64,000 nucleotides of DNA from Sedimentisphaerales bacterium (GTDB taxonomy: Bacteria; Planctomycetota; Phycisphaerae; Sedimentisphaerales; Anaerohalosphaeraceae): assembly GCA_028282905.1 (NCBI GenBank), contig JANQGW010000112.1, positions 189-64,188 of the forward strand, in the 5' to 3' direction. A program made the translations under genes and the position numbers. Shown one piece after another: positions 38,512 through 47,405 of the stretch. The notes beneath the pieces are model-generated. The model saw only the letters and a list, made by a program, of their open reading frames with translations, was not told the DNA's origin and made no database searches. Every line of letters begins with the position of its first letter. Within the stretch, counting starts at the first letter, position 1.

Positions 38512-39669
38512 TTATTGCATGAGCGTTCGAATACCCAGCACTTCATTATGAATACAGGCGAAACCGGGCTGAATTGTAATCTGTACGGAACGTCCCCATT
38601 CCGGACGAGTAGGATCTTGCCAAAGCCGTTCAGGGATCAACTCTATCGACGCGCCAACATCTGATATCTGCGAGGTAAACGTCTCGTACGGAGAGTTCAG
38701 AGAAGCAACCTGCACTTTCGTGTTCACATCAAATTTGTCCATATCTTTCTGGTCAACCCAGGCAGTGATGACGTCCGGGGTCGGTTTGACAATTGTCATA
38801 ATCGGTTCACCGCGTACCACGGTTTGCCCGGGCTTATAGGTCAAGGTGTTGATAATTCCATCAAACGGTGCCGTTAAAACGATGATATCGCTCTGCTCAA
38901 TGAATTCGGCAATGCGTTTTTCCTGTGCCAGAATGGCCTTTTTGATAGGCGCCAATCGCTTATCGGCCAACTGCGGCCGCCGCGGTACTTCCTGCTCGAA
39001 TTCATCTTTTCGGAGCATGGCCGCTTCATAATCCTGTTGAGCCTGGGCCAGCAGAGCCTGCGATGCATCAATCTTTTTCTCCAAAATTGCGTACTGGGCC
39101 TCTGCCTTCTGCAGTTCGTATGCTTCGGCTGCATTTTCTTTTAAGAGATTTTTGACAATCTCAATTTCCACCTCAAGATCCTTGAGGGCAAGACGATCCG
39201 GTTCCAGCGTGGCATTGACCTCTAATACCGCCAGACGCGTCCGTTCAATATCCACTGCCAGCCGACGTTCCATCGTGACAACGTCGTTGGCGTATTCCTG
39301 CTCTTCCCGAATCAACTGGTCCTCAACCGCTTCGAGTTCGGCCTTCAACTGCTCCAGTTCAACCTCGGCCGTTGCCTTTTGGGCCTTCAGCAACGCATCC
39401 TCATATACCTGCCGGGCCAGTGTGTTTTCCTTGATAACGGCCAGCGTATCACCTTTTTTGACTTCCTGATAGAGCCGGACCTCAATCGATCGGATGTAGC
39501 CGGTTTCCACACTGTTAATCGACTGTTCCTCACTGAACGCAATGCCTTTCAGCTCCACTCGCATTGACTGAAACTGAAACAGTACCACAACAGCACCCAA
39601 CGCCATCACCCAGACCAGCGTCGGCAGCATTCGAGCGATTAACTTTCCCTGTTTTAATTTAAATCTCAT
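38512..39669 (-). CDS. HlyD-family periplasmic adaptor (membrane fusion protein)
   Basis: N-terminal TM, a lipoyl-like half (GYIRSIEVRLYQEVKKGDTLAVI ... LTAPFDGIINTLTYKPGQTVVRGEPIMTIV), and a coiled-coil hairpin of about 200 aa between the halves. Confidence 0.88.
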   Translation of the reverse strand: MRFKLKQGKLIARMLPTLVWVMALGAVVVLFQFQSMRVELKGIAFSEEQSINSVETGYIRSIEVRLYQEVKKGDTLAVIKENTLARQVYEDALLKAQKATAEVELEQLKAELEAVEDQLIREEQEYANDVVTMERRLAVDIERTRLAVLEVNATLEPDRLALKDLEVEIEIVKNLLKENAAEAYELQKAEAQYAILEKKIDASQALLAQAQQDYEAAMLRKDEFEQEVPRRPQLADKRLAPIKKAILAQEKRIAEFIEQSDIIVLTAPFDGIINTLTYKPGQTVVRGEPIMTIVKPTPDVITAWVDQKDMDKFDVNTKVQVASLNSPYETFTSQISDVGASIELIPERLWQDPTRPEWGRSVQITIQPGFACIHNEVLGIRTLMQ

Positions 39670-39687
39670 CGATGTTCATCCTTATCA

Positions 39688-40386
39688 TCATATCTGGAGC
39701 AGTTGTTCCTGAACCGTCAGGCTGACATTTTTCACACCTTCGGCCTTCTGCAATTCATCCATCATTATTTCATTTTTCGCGGCGTTTTTCAGCATCACCT
39801 GGTATGCATACTCCACGGTCCGCTCGCCAAAATCCCCGCCGTCCGAAGAAATCATTGTGTGAGCACGGCAGAACTTCTTCAAAGTTACCATCACCGGATG
39901 GTCGGGGCTGAGGTGGCCGTCTAAGGTAAACCGCAGGAAAGCGTTATGCGGCCGGTGCGTCCCGAAATCGGACAGGTAAAGATACAGAATAATCATACTC
40001 AGCGCCAGCGTGCCGACAATTGCGATGACATACCGCTGTGAGCCAGCGGCCATGCCGATGACCAACGCACAAAAAATAAACGCGATATCACGCGTATCTT
40101 TAATAATATTGCGGAAGCGAATAATCGATAGCGCTCCCATCAGACCAACCGCCACGACAAAACTGCCCGCGATGGTGGACATCACCATCGAGACGATGAC
40201 GGTAATCAAAATTAATGCCTGCACAAATGATCGCGAATACGACAGTCCGTTGTGCGTAAAGTAGTACAGCCACGCCAGAAGCTGGCCCAGTACAAACGCC
40301 AACAGCAGTGACAACAACAGTGCCTGGACGGAAAATTCCGGTCCAATGGCCGAGGCGTTTTCAATCGATCGCCAGATTGCTTGCAT
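39688..40386 (-). CDS. DUF4956-family integral membrane protein
   Basis: GALSIIRFRNIIKDTRDIAFIFCALVIGMAAGSQRY is the family signature (ALSIVRFRT..KD.rD..F). The ATG at 40386 lies 2 nt after the VTC-gene stop (TAA TT ATG), so the track's longer start at 40434 is rejected. Confidence 0.78.
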   Translation of the reverse strand: MQAIWRSIENASAIGPEFSVQALLLSLLLAFVLGQLLAWLYYFTHNGLSYSRSFVQALILITVIVSMVMSTIAGSFVVAVGLMGALSIIRFRNIIKDTRDIAFIFCALVIGMAAGSQRYVIAIVGTLALSMIILYLYLSDFGTHRPHNAFLRFTLDGHLSPDHPVMVTLKKFCRAHTMISSDGGDFGERTVEYAYQVMLKNAAKNEIMMDELQKAEGVKNVSLTVQEQLLQI

Positions 40387-40388
40387 AA

Positions 40389-41393
40389 TTACATTCCTAC
40401 CGAATACAATGGGGCACAGTAGCCCAGGGAACAAGATTGTTTAACGGTTGACACATATTTCGACATCGCTGTCTGCTTGAGGTCAAACACTTTTGCCATA
40501 TCACTAAGCCACAGCGGGTATCGATTCGTAAATTTGATTTCCAGCACAACAAAATCCATCGGCACTTCGTGCCAGTCGGGGCCGTCAACTTCCAGTATCG
40601 GGCGATCCGGCGTCTTGTAGCTTAGCCGTCGGTCAAAGGTGACGCGAACGCGGTTTCGGGAGTCGCCCTCAAAAGCCTGCCGCTTGTACTTAACCAGCAC
40701 CACCGGCCGGGCGCACAACGTCCGCAGATAAAACTGGAACTGACGCAGTGTTTTCTGGTCTTTCTTATACAGTGAAGGAGGAACATACATCTCCTGAACG
40801 ACCCGACCCATCACATCTTTACTCAACCGGGCACGGTCCTTCATAATTACGCTGTTGAGACGACGCTTGATCTCGACGAAACACGGGGTATCCGGGTTAT
40901 CATCATAGCAGCGAATGCGCAGTTTAAAGCGATTTGTTTTCTTGTTGATCGTCTCTTTGCATAAATGCAGGTGACTGGAGTCAAAGTACAAGCTGGAAAT
41001 CGGGTACTCCAGGTTGGGTGACTTCAGGGAATAACGGTCCACGGGAATATAAGAGCGGACATATTCAGCAATCGCACGGGCCTTGCTTTCCCGGATGCGG
41101 TATTTTAACTCGTAGCGAACATTGAGCGTGGTATCTTTCTTGGGGGATTTCGGCTTACTCCGAACCGTGTCGATTTTCAACGACGATGATGGCTTTGGAG
41201 ACTTTGAAGACGCCGGGCGTGAAGGAAGAAGCGGCACCACAGACGGTGTTTCCCGCTGAACCTTTTTTTCTGCTTTGCTGTTGTTATCCTGCTTTGACTG
41301 AGAACTCACGATTGTAATCCCCACGCACATTGCAAAACCCGTTACTCCTCGCAACAGCCAACCCCCGGCTGTCCGAAGATACTTGTTCTGCAT
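40389..41393 (-). CDS. VTC-domain (polyphosphate polymerase / triphosphate-tunnel) protein with an N-terminal TM anchor and Ser/Pro/Lys linker
   Basis: YELKYRI, SSLYFDS, FKLRIRCY, FVEIKRR, VRVTFDRRL, VVLEIKF and MSKY occur in the order typical of bacterial VTC-domain proteins. The N-terminus GWLLRGVTGFAMCVGITIV is hydrophobic. Confidence 0.78.
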   Translation of the reverse strand: MQNKYLRTAGGWLLRGVTGFAMCVGITIVSSQSKQDNNSKAEKKVQRETPSVVPLLPSRPASSKSPKPSSSLKIDTVRSKPKSPKKDTTLNVRYELKYRIRESKARAIAEYVRSYIPVDRYSLKSPNLEYPISSLYFDSSHLHLCKETINKKTNRFKLRIRCYDDNPDTPCFVEIKRRLNSVIMKDRARLSKDVMGRVVQEMYVPPSLYKKDQKTLRQFQFYLRTLCARPVVLVKYKRQAFEGDSRNRVRVTFDRRLSYKTPDRPILEVDGPDWHEVPMDFVVLEIKFTNRYPLWLSDMAKVFDLKQTAMSKYVSTVKQSCSLGYCAPLYSVGM

Positions 41394-41593
41394 TCCCCAT
41401 ATATGACTCGTAAGACAGTGTTTTCAGCTATTATTATACAACAGGCGATATAAACTGTCAACGAATTATTTAACTAATCAAATGAAAATATATTTATAGA
41501 CCTAAAAACACAACATTTAAGCAAAAAAACCTACAGACAACCCTGTTTTCACTGCTATTATCGGCCTTTTTGAAACCAAAAAGCAATGTATAT

Positions 41594-41637
41594 AAAAAAA
41601 GCCGTTTTGAGGAGGGCATTGCCTTCCCCAAAACAGC
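41594..41637 (-). terminator. Strong rho-independent terminator isolating the VTC operon from the upstream gene
   Basis: The minus strand shows a 17-bp imperfect stem GCTGTTTTGGGGAAGGC/GCCCTCCTCAAAACGGC followed by T7. Confidence 0.8.
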
Positions 41638-41714
41638 CTTGTTAAAACATTTTTCTGTTTATCGTATCGGCAGCAATCTGAAAACGGATTTACCGCCGCT
41701 AAAACGACCTGATG

Positions 41715-44171
41715 CTATTTGGTCACCGCTACAGCATCCAGATTGGGGCCGTTACCAATGCTCATGACCTTGACGAAGTTGCCGCCCTTCTTAAACGTCA
41801 CCTTTGCCTGAACCGTTTTCCAGTTGGTCCATTGTCCGGTGCTCTTAAAGGCAATCTTGCCGGCCTTTTTGCCGTTGATAAACAATTCACACGGCCGGTT
41901 ATCAGACGACGCATAACGGAATGTCAGGGTATATTGGCCTTGCTTGTCGGCCAGCACGTTATCCCATTCAACATAGCTTCCGGCACCGCCGAAATCAGTA
42001 AACCCGGTGCCTTGGTAGCCTTTCTGGTTGGTGGCCTTTTTACAGCCGACCATCTTGGCGTCTTCTGCTTCATAGGCATCACCTTTGAGCTTGGAAGCCA
42101 CTGCCGCGGCGGCGGCCTTTTCACGATGCGGATAACACACATCACCGCCGGCGCCCAAATCCTTAATGCGAAGGTTGCGGAACTGGTAAACCAGTCCTTT
42201 TTCGCCGTGATGCTGGATACCGATGTGGCCTTGCAGATCCATCTCATCCCGGATATCCGTCGTAACGACGCCGTTCACCGAAATCTTGATATGGGAACCG
42301 ATACACTCAATGCGGTACTTGTTCCACTGGCCCTGCTTGTAGCATTCGCCGGCCCGGGCACGGAAATCAGCAATCGATTTTTCCTTTTCCTGGGCATTGG
42401 CTGCCTTGTCACGGTTGGGCGAGATAAACCAGGTTCGACGGCCTTCATCATAAAGCCCTCCGGACCACTTACGGTCAGAAGGATCGACTTCTGCCTGATA
42501 GCCCCATGCTCTGTTTTTCTGCTTTTGGCAGCGGAACAGGAAGCCGGAATTGCCTTTGCCAACCGGCATCTTGATTTCGCCTTCGAAAATGAAGTTGGCA
42601 TACTGCTTTTTGGTCAGCAGGAACCACTTACTCTTTTCGGTCGTCAGTTCGACAACGCCGTCTTTTAACTCGGCCTTGCCCCAGTCGTAAGGATTTTCCC
42701 ATTGACTGAACGAGGCGTCTGTGACCAATTCTTCCCACTTGGTTTGCTTGGCTGTTTTAATCAATGACACCTTGGATGGAGCGGGCTTCATCTTATCGTA
42801 TGCGTCCCAGTGCTCGCGAACCTCGGGGCCTTTCAGCATCGCATTCGCTTCCGGATGGTTGGTAATCTTCATCGCCTTGGCGTCATATTTGAGCGTACCG
42901 CCGAACTTTTGACCGACGCAGCCCAGACACAGCATTTCCGAAAGCGGTGCCCCGACTTCAAACGGCGAGTTGGCCGGTTCGATGCCCTGGCAGGCATTCA
43001 GAAAGTTCTTGTAGTGGTTATAGTTCTCACGATTCGGGTCAGGCAGGCCGCCTTCCTTTTCCAGCTTTTCGAGCTTAGGATTTAAGGCAAAGTGGTATTT
43101 GGCACCATGACTCTTACCGCTTAAGACACCCTTGTCGAGATAAAGCAGCGAGCCGGGAGCATCCATCTTCGCTTTGTAACCGTCAGGCCGCGGGGCAGAA
43201 TTGCCCTGTCCGTCGTACCAGTTCAATTCCAGCGGCGGCATATCGCCGCGTGCTTTAAACTTAAAGGTAATTACAGAGCCTTGAGGATAATAATGTTCGC
43301 TTGGCCCCATTACTTTTGTGGTAATTTCATAAGGCTGTCCGAGCTTGAGGTAACGGTGATAGGCATCAAGAATATGAGCACCCCAGTCACCCATGCAGCC
43401 GCAGCCAAACTCATACCAGCAGCGCCAGTTACCACCGACCATCTTGTCACTGTACGGACGGAACTGACGTCGGCCCAGCCACTGGTCCCAATCATAACCA
43501 ACCGGCGGAATCGCCTGCGGATAATCTTCATAGGTCCAGCCATGCCACCGGCGGCTCTTGTTCATCCAGGCATCAATGCGCTTGACGTTTTTAATAATAC
43601 CCTCATCAACCATTTGACCAAACTGAATCGTTCCGAACCCTGAATGGCCCTGGTTGCCCAATTGCGTCACAACACCGCACTTGCGGACTGTCTTTTCGAC
43701 CAGACGGCATTCATAGACATTTTGCGCCAGCGGCTTTTCAACGTAAACGTGCTTGCCCATCAGCATCGAATGCATGACCATCGGGAAATGTGAGTGGTCC
43801 GGCGTCGAAACAATTACCGCGTCGAACTTGTCGTGCATTTCCTCGAACATCTGGCGATAATCCCGATAGCACGGCACGCCGGGGAAACCCTTCATCTGAT
43901 AATTGTGTGAGGTGAACAGCACGTCCGCAAACGCTACAAAATCAACCTGATCCGAAAAACCCGCAAAGGTTTTCAGAACACTTGCGCCTCGGTTGAATAC
44001 ACCAATCTGAACGGCACGAATTTTCTGTCCCTTCGGGACAATCCGCGACGGCATCAGCGGCTTAACGTCGCCATTGGCAAACGCACCACAGCCGGAAAAC
44101 ATCAGCACCGGCGGCGTGTAAAGCATCGTCTTCAGCACCGCGCGACGTGATACATCCATCTTCTTATCCAT
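41715..44171 (-). CDS. TAT-exported fusion: Gfo/Idh/MocA oxidoreductase + DUF1080 (3-keto-disaccharide hydrolase-like) + CBM6/35-like carbohydrate-binding module
   Basis: Twin-arginine signal MDKKMDVSRRAVLK. Rossmann/EKP motif (GKHVYVEKPLA). DUF1080 pattern (GNSGFLFRCQ..GYQAEVDPSDRKWSGGLYDE..WNKYRIECIGSHIKISVNG..IGIQHHG). C-terminal YEAEDAKMVG..GYQGTGFTDFGGAGSYVEWDNV. I prefer the ATG at 44171 (AAGGAA upstream), because the track start at 44234 lies inside a hairpin. Confidence 0.8.
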   Translation of the reverse strand: MDKKMDVSRRAVLKTMLYTPPVLMFSGCGAFANGDVKPLMPSRIVPKGQKIRAVQIGVFNRGASVLKTFAGFSDQVDFVAFADVLFTSHNYQMKGFPGVPCYRDYRQMFEEMHDKFDAVIVSTPDHSHFPMVMHSMLMGKHVYVEKPLAQNVYECRLVEKTVRKCGVVTQLGNQGHSGFGTIQFGQMVDEGIIKNVKRIDAWMNKSRRWHGWTYEDYPQAIPPVGYDWDQWLGRRQFRPYSDKMVGGNWRCWYEFGCGCMGDWGAHILDAYHRYLKLGQPYEITTKVMGPSEHYYPQGSVITFKFKARGDMPPLELNWYDGQGNSAPRPDGYKAKMDAPGSLLYLDKGVLSGKSHGAKYHFALNPKLEKLEKEGGLPDPNRENYNHYKNFLNACQGIEPANSPFEVGAPLSEMLCLGCVGQKFGGTLKYDAKAMKITNHPEANAMLKGPEVREHWDAYDKMKPAPSKVSLIKTAKQTKWEELVTDASFSQWENPYDWGKAELKDGVVELTTEKSKWFLLTKKQYANFIFEGEIKMPVGKGNSGFLFRCQKQKNRAWGYQAEVDPSDRKWSGGLYDEGRRTWFISPNRDKAANAQEKEKSIADFRARAGECYKQGQWNKYRIECIGSHIKISVNGVVTTDIRDEMDLQGHIGIQHHGEKGLVYQFRNLRIKDLGAGGDVCYPHREKAAAAAVASKLKGDAYEAEDAKMVGCKKATNQKGYQGTGFTDFGGAGSYVEWDNVLADKQGQYTLTFRYASSDNRPCELFINGKKAGKIAFKSTGQWTNWKTVQAKVTFKKGGNFVKVMSIGNGPNLDAVAVTK

Positions 44172-44211
44172 AACCAATTCCTTTCCCATGAGTGTGTGTG
44201 GTGATAATAAT

Positions 44212-44243
44212 AACGCCCCGGCGTGTGATGTCACCGGGGCGTT
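44212..44243 (-). terminator. GC-rich hairpin between the two DUF1080 genes (terminator or attenuator)
   Basis: AACGCCCCGG (44212-44221) pairs perfectly with CCGGGGCGTT (44234-44243). On the minus strand it is followed by ATTATTAT. Confidence 0.55.
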
Positions 44244-44251
44244 AAGTGTGT

Positions 44252-45628
44252 TTACTTCAGCTTTTTAATCTTAACGTTTTTGAATGAAACAGTATTGCCG
44301 TGGTCCTGAAGCAGGATATGTCCCTGATTCCATTCACCGAATCCCGGCCACTTTTTGTATTTGCTTTCCTTAACCAACTGACGGAATTCCGGCGTCTTGC
44401 GGTCATATTCCAGCACCTTGCGGCCATTGAGCCAGTGCTCAACATGATTGCCCTTGGAAATCACGGTTGCATGGTTCCATTGGCCGATGGGGTTGGGGTG
44501 CTTGCTGCCGTTGTCCGCTTCGATCAGGTCATACAGGCACGACAGTGCCCGGCTGCCTTCGTGGCTGCCCAGCTTGGCATCTTTGTGCCGCTGGTCATCC
44601 AGAATCTGAAATTCCAGTCCAATCGATGAGCCGGGGCCTTTATTAACGGCCGGATCAACGAAATACTTAATGCCGCTGTTGGCACCCGGGGTCATTTTGA
44701 AATCCAGGTGCAGTTCAAAATCGCTGTATTTATCAATGGTAATGATATCGCCGCCTGCAGCCGATTCGCCGCCACCGGATTCAAGAACGGTCAGAATGCC
44801 GTCTTCAATCACCCATCCGGTTTTTGGGAAACCATCCAGTTTCGCACCGCGCCAGCCATTGCTGGTTTTGCCATCAAAAAGGAATACGAAACCCCTTTCC
44901 GAACTGCCAAGCTGGTTGTCCATGCTCTTGACCGGCAGCGGAGTCGGACGGCTGAAACTGGCGGGGCTTTCGTCAATGATACGAACGTTACGCCAGCGAA
45001 CCTCGATACCTTCTTTGTTCTTGTCTTTGCCAACCCCGTGAACCTGCAGGCCAATGAAACCGGTCCGGGTCAGCGTATCATACAGGTGAGAGGCGGGAAC
45101 ATCGTTGATCCAGGTCTTAATCGTACTGCCAATCGCTTCGATACGATATTTATTCCACTGGCCCTGCTTGAAGGCTTTTTGGGCATCCGTGTTGTCTTTC
45201 AACGGATACAGCCAGCCGCGGCGACCCTCTTCGTAAATACCACCGCTCCAGGCGCGATCGGAGGGATCAATCTCAATCTGATAACCATGAATGCGTCCCT
45301 TGTTGTATTCCGGAAAACTGTTGGAGCGAATCTGGATACCGGAATTGAGCTTTGGGTCCACTTTGAATTCCAGTTCTAATATGAAATCGGTATAAAACTG
45401 CTTGGTACAGAGGAAACTGTTCGGCGTTCCCAGGACGGTTTTCCCAACAATCTGGCCGTCTTCCACGGTATAACTCGCCTTACCGCCCTGCTGCTGCCAA
45501 CCGTTCAGCGTCTTGCCGTCAAACAGGTCTTTCCACGGTCCCCCGGCAAACATCGTTCCGCCCAAAACGAAAACAATCACAAGCGAAAAGAGCAATTTCT
45601 TGTTAAAGCTGGTCTGCATGGTCATCAT
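44252..45628 (-). CDS. Secreted protein with two tandem DUF1080 (3-keto-disaccharide hydrolase-like) domains
   Basis: Signal peptide, then two copies of the pattern W...GGKASYTVEDG / NSGIQIRS..GYQIEIDPSDRAWSGGIYEE..WNKYRIEAIGSTIKTWIND..IGLQVHG, with a second half ending GHILLQDHGNTVSFKNVKIKKL. Confidence 0.85.
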   Translation of the reverse strand: MMTMQTSFNKKLLFSLVIVFVLGGTMFAGGPWKDLFDGKTLNGWQQQGGKASYTVEDGQIVGKTVLGTPNSFLCTKQFYTDFILELEFKVDPKLNSGIQIRSNSFPEYNKGRIHGYQIEIDPSDRAWSGGIYEEGRRGWLYPLKDNTDAQKAFKQGQWNKYRIEAIGSTIKTWINDVPASHLYDTLTRTGFIGLQVHGVGKDKNKEGIEVRWRNVRIIDESPASFSRPTPLPVKSMDNQLGSSERGFVFLFDGKTSNGWRGAKLDGFPKTGWVIEDGILTVLESGGGESAAGGDIITIDKYSDFELHLDFKMTPGANSGIKYFVDPAVNKGPGSSIGLEFQILDDQRHKDAKLGSHEGSRALSCLYDLIEADNGSKHPNPIGQWNHATVISKGNHVEHWLNGRKVLEYDRKTPEFRQLVKESKYKKWPGFGEWNQGHILLQDHGNTVSFKNVKIKKLK

Positions 45629-45876
45629 CCTTTCAAAATATAAGAGCTTTATTTACATTCATAGTTTAGAACACGTCAACGATATTATTTATTGCACACA
45701 TCTTGAGTTATTTCAAAAAACTATAACCGCAACACACAATAACTTAAAGGGGGAATTATAATCAGCCTACTTACTGAGGTCAACTCATAAACAAGCTAAA
45801 TTGGAAATAACCGCATTATTACGTAGCATCCTAATGAAATGCTAAGAAGTGGAAAAATAAAGACTTGCAGAAAAAA

Positions 45877-45949
<73 letters not shown>

Positions 45950-45963
45950 GAAACAGGTAGGGA

Positions 45964-45992
45964 AATTTAGCAGAAAAGCCCGCCCTTGGCAA
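45964..45992 (-). promoter_or_regulatory. Sigma70-type promoter for tRNA-Ala
   Basis: The minus strand reads TTGCCA, a 17-nt spacer, then TAAATT, ending about 15 nt before the tRNA 5' end. Confidence 0.6.
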
Positions 45993-46116
45993 GCGTTTTT
46001 ACCGATGGAATTGGGAAATTTGTCATTTTTCAGCGATTAAACACTCAAAAATGGGTTTTCAAAGGGGTAATCCGCGAAAAAAATCCAATTAAGTTGGTGT
46101 TTTCGAGTAAAAAAAC

Positions 46117-46145
46117 TTGAAATTGCCCCCCGCTGTCGGTACAAT
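46117..46145 (+). promoter_or_regulatory. Sigma70-type promoter for tRNA-Thr
   Basis: TTGAAA, a 17-nt spacer, then TACAAT, ending 13 nt before the tRNA 5' end. Confidence 0.7.
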
Positions 46146-46158
46146 CCTGCGTTTTCAG

Positions 46159-46230
46159 GCCAATGTAGCTCAACGGTAGAGCACCGGTTTTGTAAACCGG
46201 CGGTTGTGGGTTCGATTCCCACCGTTGGCT
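46159..46230 (+). tRNA. tRNA-Thr (anticodon UGU)
   Basis: GCCAATGTAGCTCAACGGTAGAGCACCGGTTTTGTAAACCGGCGGTTGTGGGTTCGATTCCCACCGTTGGCT folds by hand into a cloverleaf with anticodon loop UUUGUAA. A hairpin TGCCC-TGT-GGGCA follows. Confidence 0.93.
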
Positions 46231-46414
46231 TTTTTCTATTGCCCTGTGGGCAGTAGGTTCCCGCGAGCAACCCGTTTCTTGCTGTTGCGGCCGGTCATCG
46301 CCGCGAAGAAATCGGTTTAGCCATCGCAATCGGAAGATTTGAAAGCGGAGCCGTCCCCGGCATCCTGAGACACCAGCCCAACGCCCCCCTTTCAACACGG
46401 ATACGGAGAGAAAT

Positions 46415-47290
46415 ATGGAACAAGCGATTATCAAAGCCAGCGCCCTGATCGAAGCAATGGAATATATCCGGGGCTTCAAGGGGAAAATTGTTGTCGTTAA
46501 ACTCGGCGGCAGCATCCTCGATGACATCGACCTGCAGAAAAAGCTGCTGACCGACGTGGTCTTTATGTCGATTGTCGGCATCAAGCCCATTCTCGTTCAC
46601 GGCGGCGGCAAAGCCATTACCGCAGCCATGAACAAGGCGGGACTGGAGCCGGTCTGGGTACATGGCCGCCGCTATACCGATGAACGTACACTGACGATTG
46701 CTGAACATACGCTTGTCAATGAAGTTAATCAGCCGATCTGCGAAGTACTCAGCGAGCTGGGCGTCAACGCAATGGGCCTGCACTCATTGAGCAGCTGTGC
46801 CGTCTTTGCCAATCCGCTGCGGCTGGAAGGGGAAGACGGACGTAAGCTGGATTTGGGAATGGTTGGTGCTGTTTCCGATATTAATGCCGAACTGCTTAAA
46901 ACCCTGTGCCACAGTAACGTCGTACCGGTCATCGGGCCGATTGCACGGGCCAAAACCGGCAGCAAGCTGAATGTCAATGCTGACAGCGTCGCCGGCCATG
47001 TTGCCGCGGCGGTCAGAGCCGAAAAGCTGGTCGTGCTCAGTGATACCCACGGCATCCGTACCGATGTCAATGACCCGGAAAGCTGGATTTCGACGATAGA
47101 CGAAGCGAAAATTGCTGAAATGGTTGACGACGGAACGATCTCAGCGGGTATGATGCCGAAGGTCGAAGCGTGCATTACCGCGCTCGAAGGCGGCGTCGGC
47201 AAAGCCCATATTATTGACGGGCGAATCCCGCATTCACTACTGCTGGAAATTTACACCGACCGCGGCATCGGCACACAAATCGTTAAGTAA
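46415..47290 (+). CDS. argB: Acetylglutamate kinase
   Basis: FKGKIVVVKLGGS, ILVHGGG and NVNADSVAG motifs; 291 aa. Confidence 0.95.
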   Translation: MEQAIIKASALIEAMEYIRGFKGKIVVVKLGGSILDDIDLQKKLLTDVVFMSIVGIKPILVHGGGKAITAAMNKAGLEPVWVHGRRYTDERTLTIAEHTLVNEVNQPICEVLSELGVNAMGLHSLSSCAVFANPLRLEGEDGRKLDLGMVGAVSDINAELLKTLCHSNVVPVIGPIARAKTGSKLNVNADSVAGHVAAAVRAEKLVVLSDTHGIRTDVNDPESWISTIDEAKIAEMVDDGTISAGMMPKVEACITALEGGVGKAHIIDGRIPHSLLLEIYTDRGIGTQIVK

Positions 47291-47322
47291 ATGCAAAAAT
47301 CAAAGTGTAAAATGTAAAATTA

Positions 47323-47379
47323 TGGAATCGCCTTCGGCGATGGCTGTTTAAATAGATTTCTCGCTTTGCTCGAAATGAC
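47323..47379 (-). repeat. REP-like tandem hairpin element between argB and argD
   Basis: The reverse complement reads GTCATTTCGAGCAAAGCGAGAAATCTATTTAAACAGCCATCGCCGAAGGCGATTCCA, i.e. two units of the GYCAT-hairpin-AT(T)CCA family in the same orientation. Confidence 0.55.
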
Positions 47380-47405
47380 ACGGCGGGGACAACAAAGGAT
47401 TGATT

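Noticed and set aside
41712-42668. Long antisense ORFs opposite well-supported genes (41712..42668, 44708..45379, 47283..48227, 23689..24570, 56081..56791, 61900..62904, 6272..7006, 19127..19783)
   Set aside because: Each lies fully inside a gene with clear family motifs on the other strand. None has an SD or recognisable domains. The tail of 47283..48227 is merely a translated REP hairpin (SFRAKREIY).
46045-46783. Minus-strand ORFs of 181, 162 and 77 aa spanning the tRNA-Thr gene and the argB 5' end
   Set aside because: They overlap a hand-folded tRNA and the argB coding start, and their sequences are low-complexity. They are spurious.
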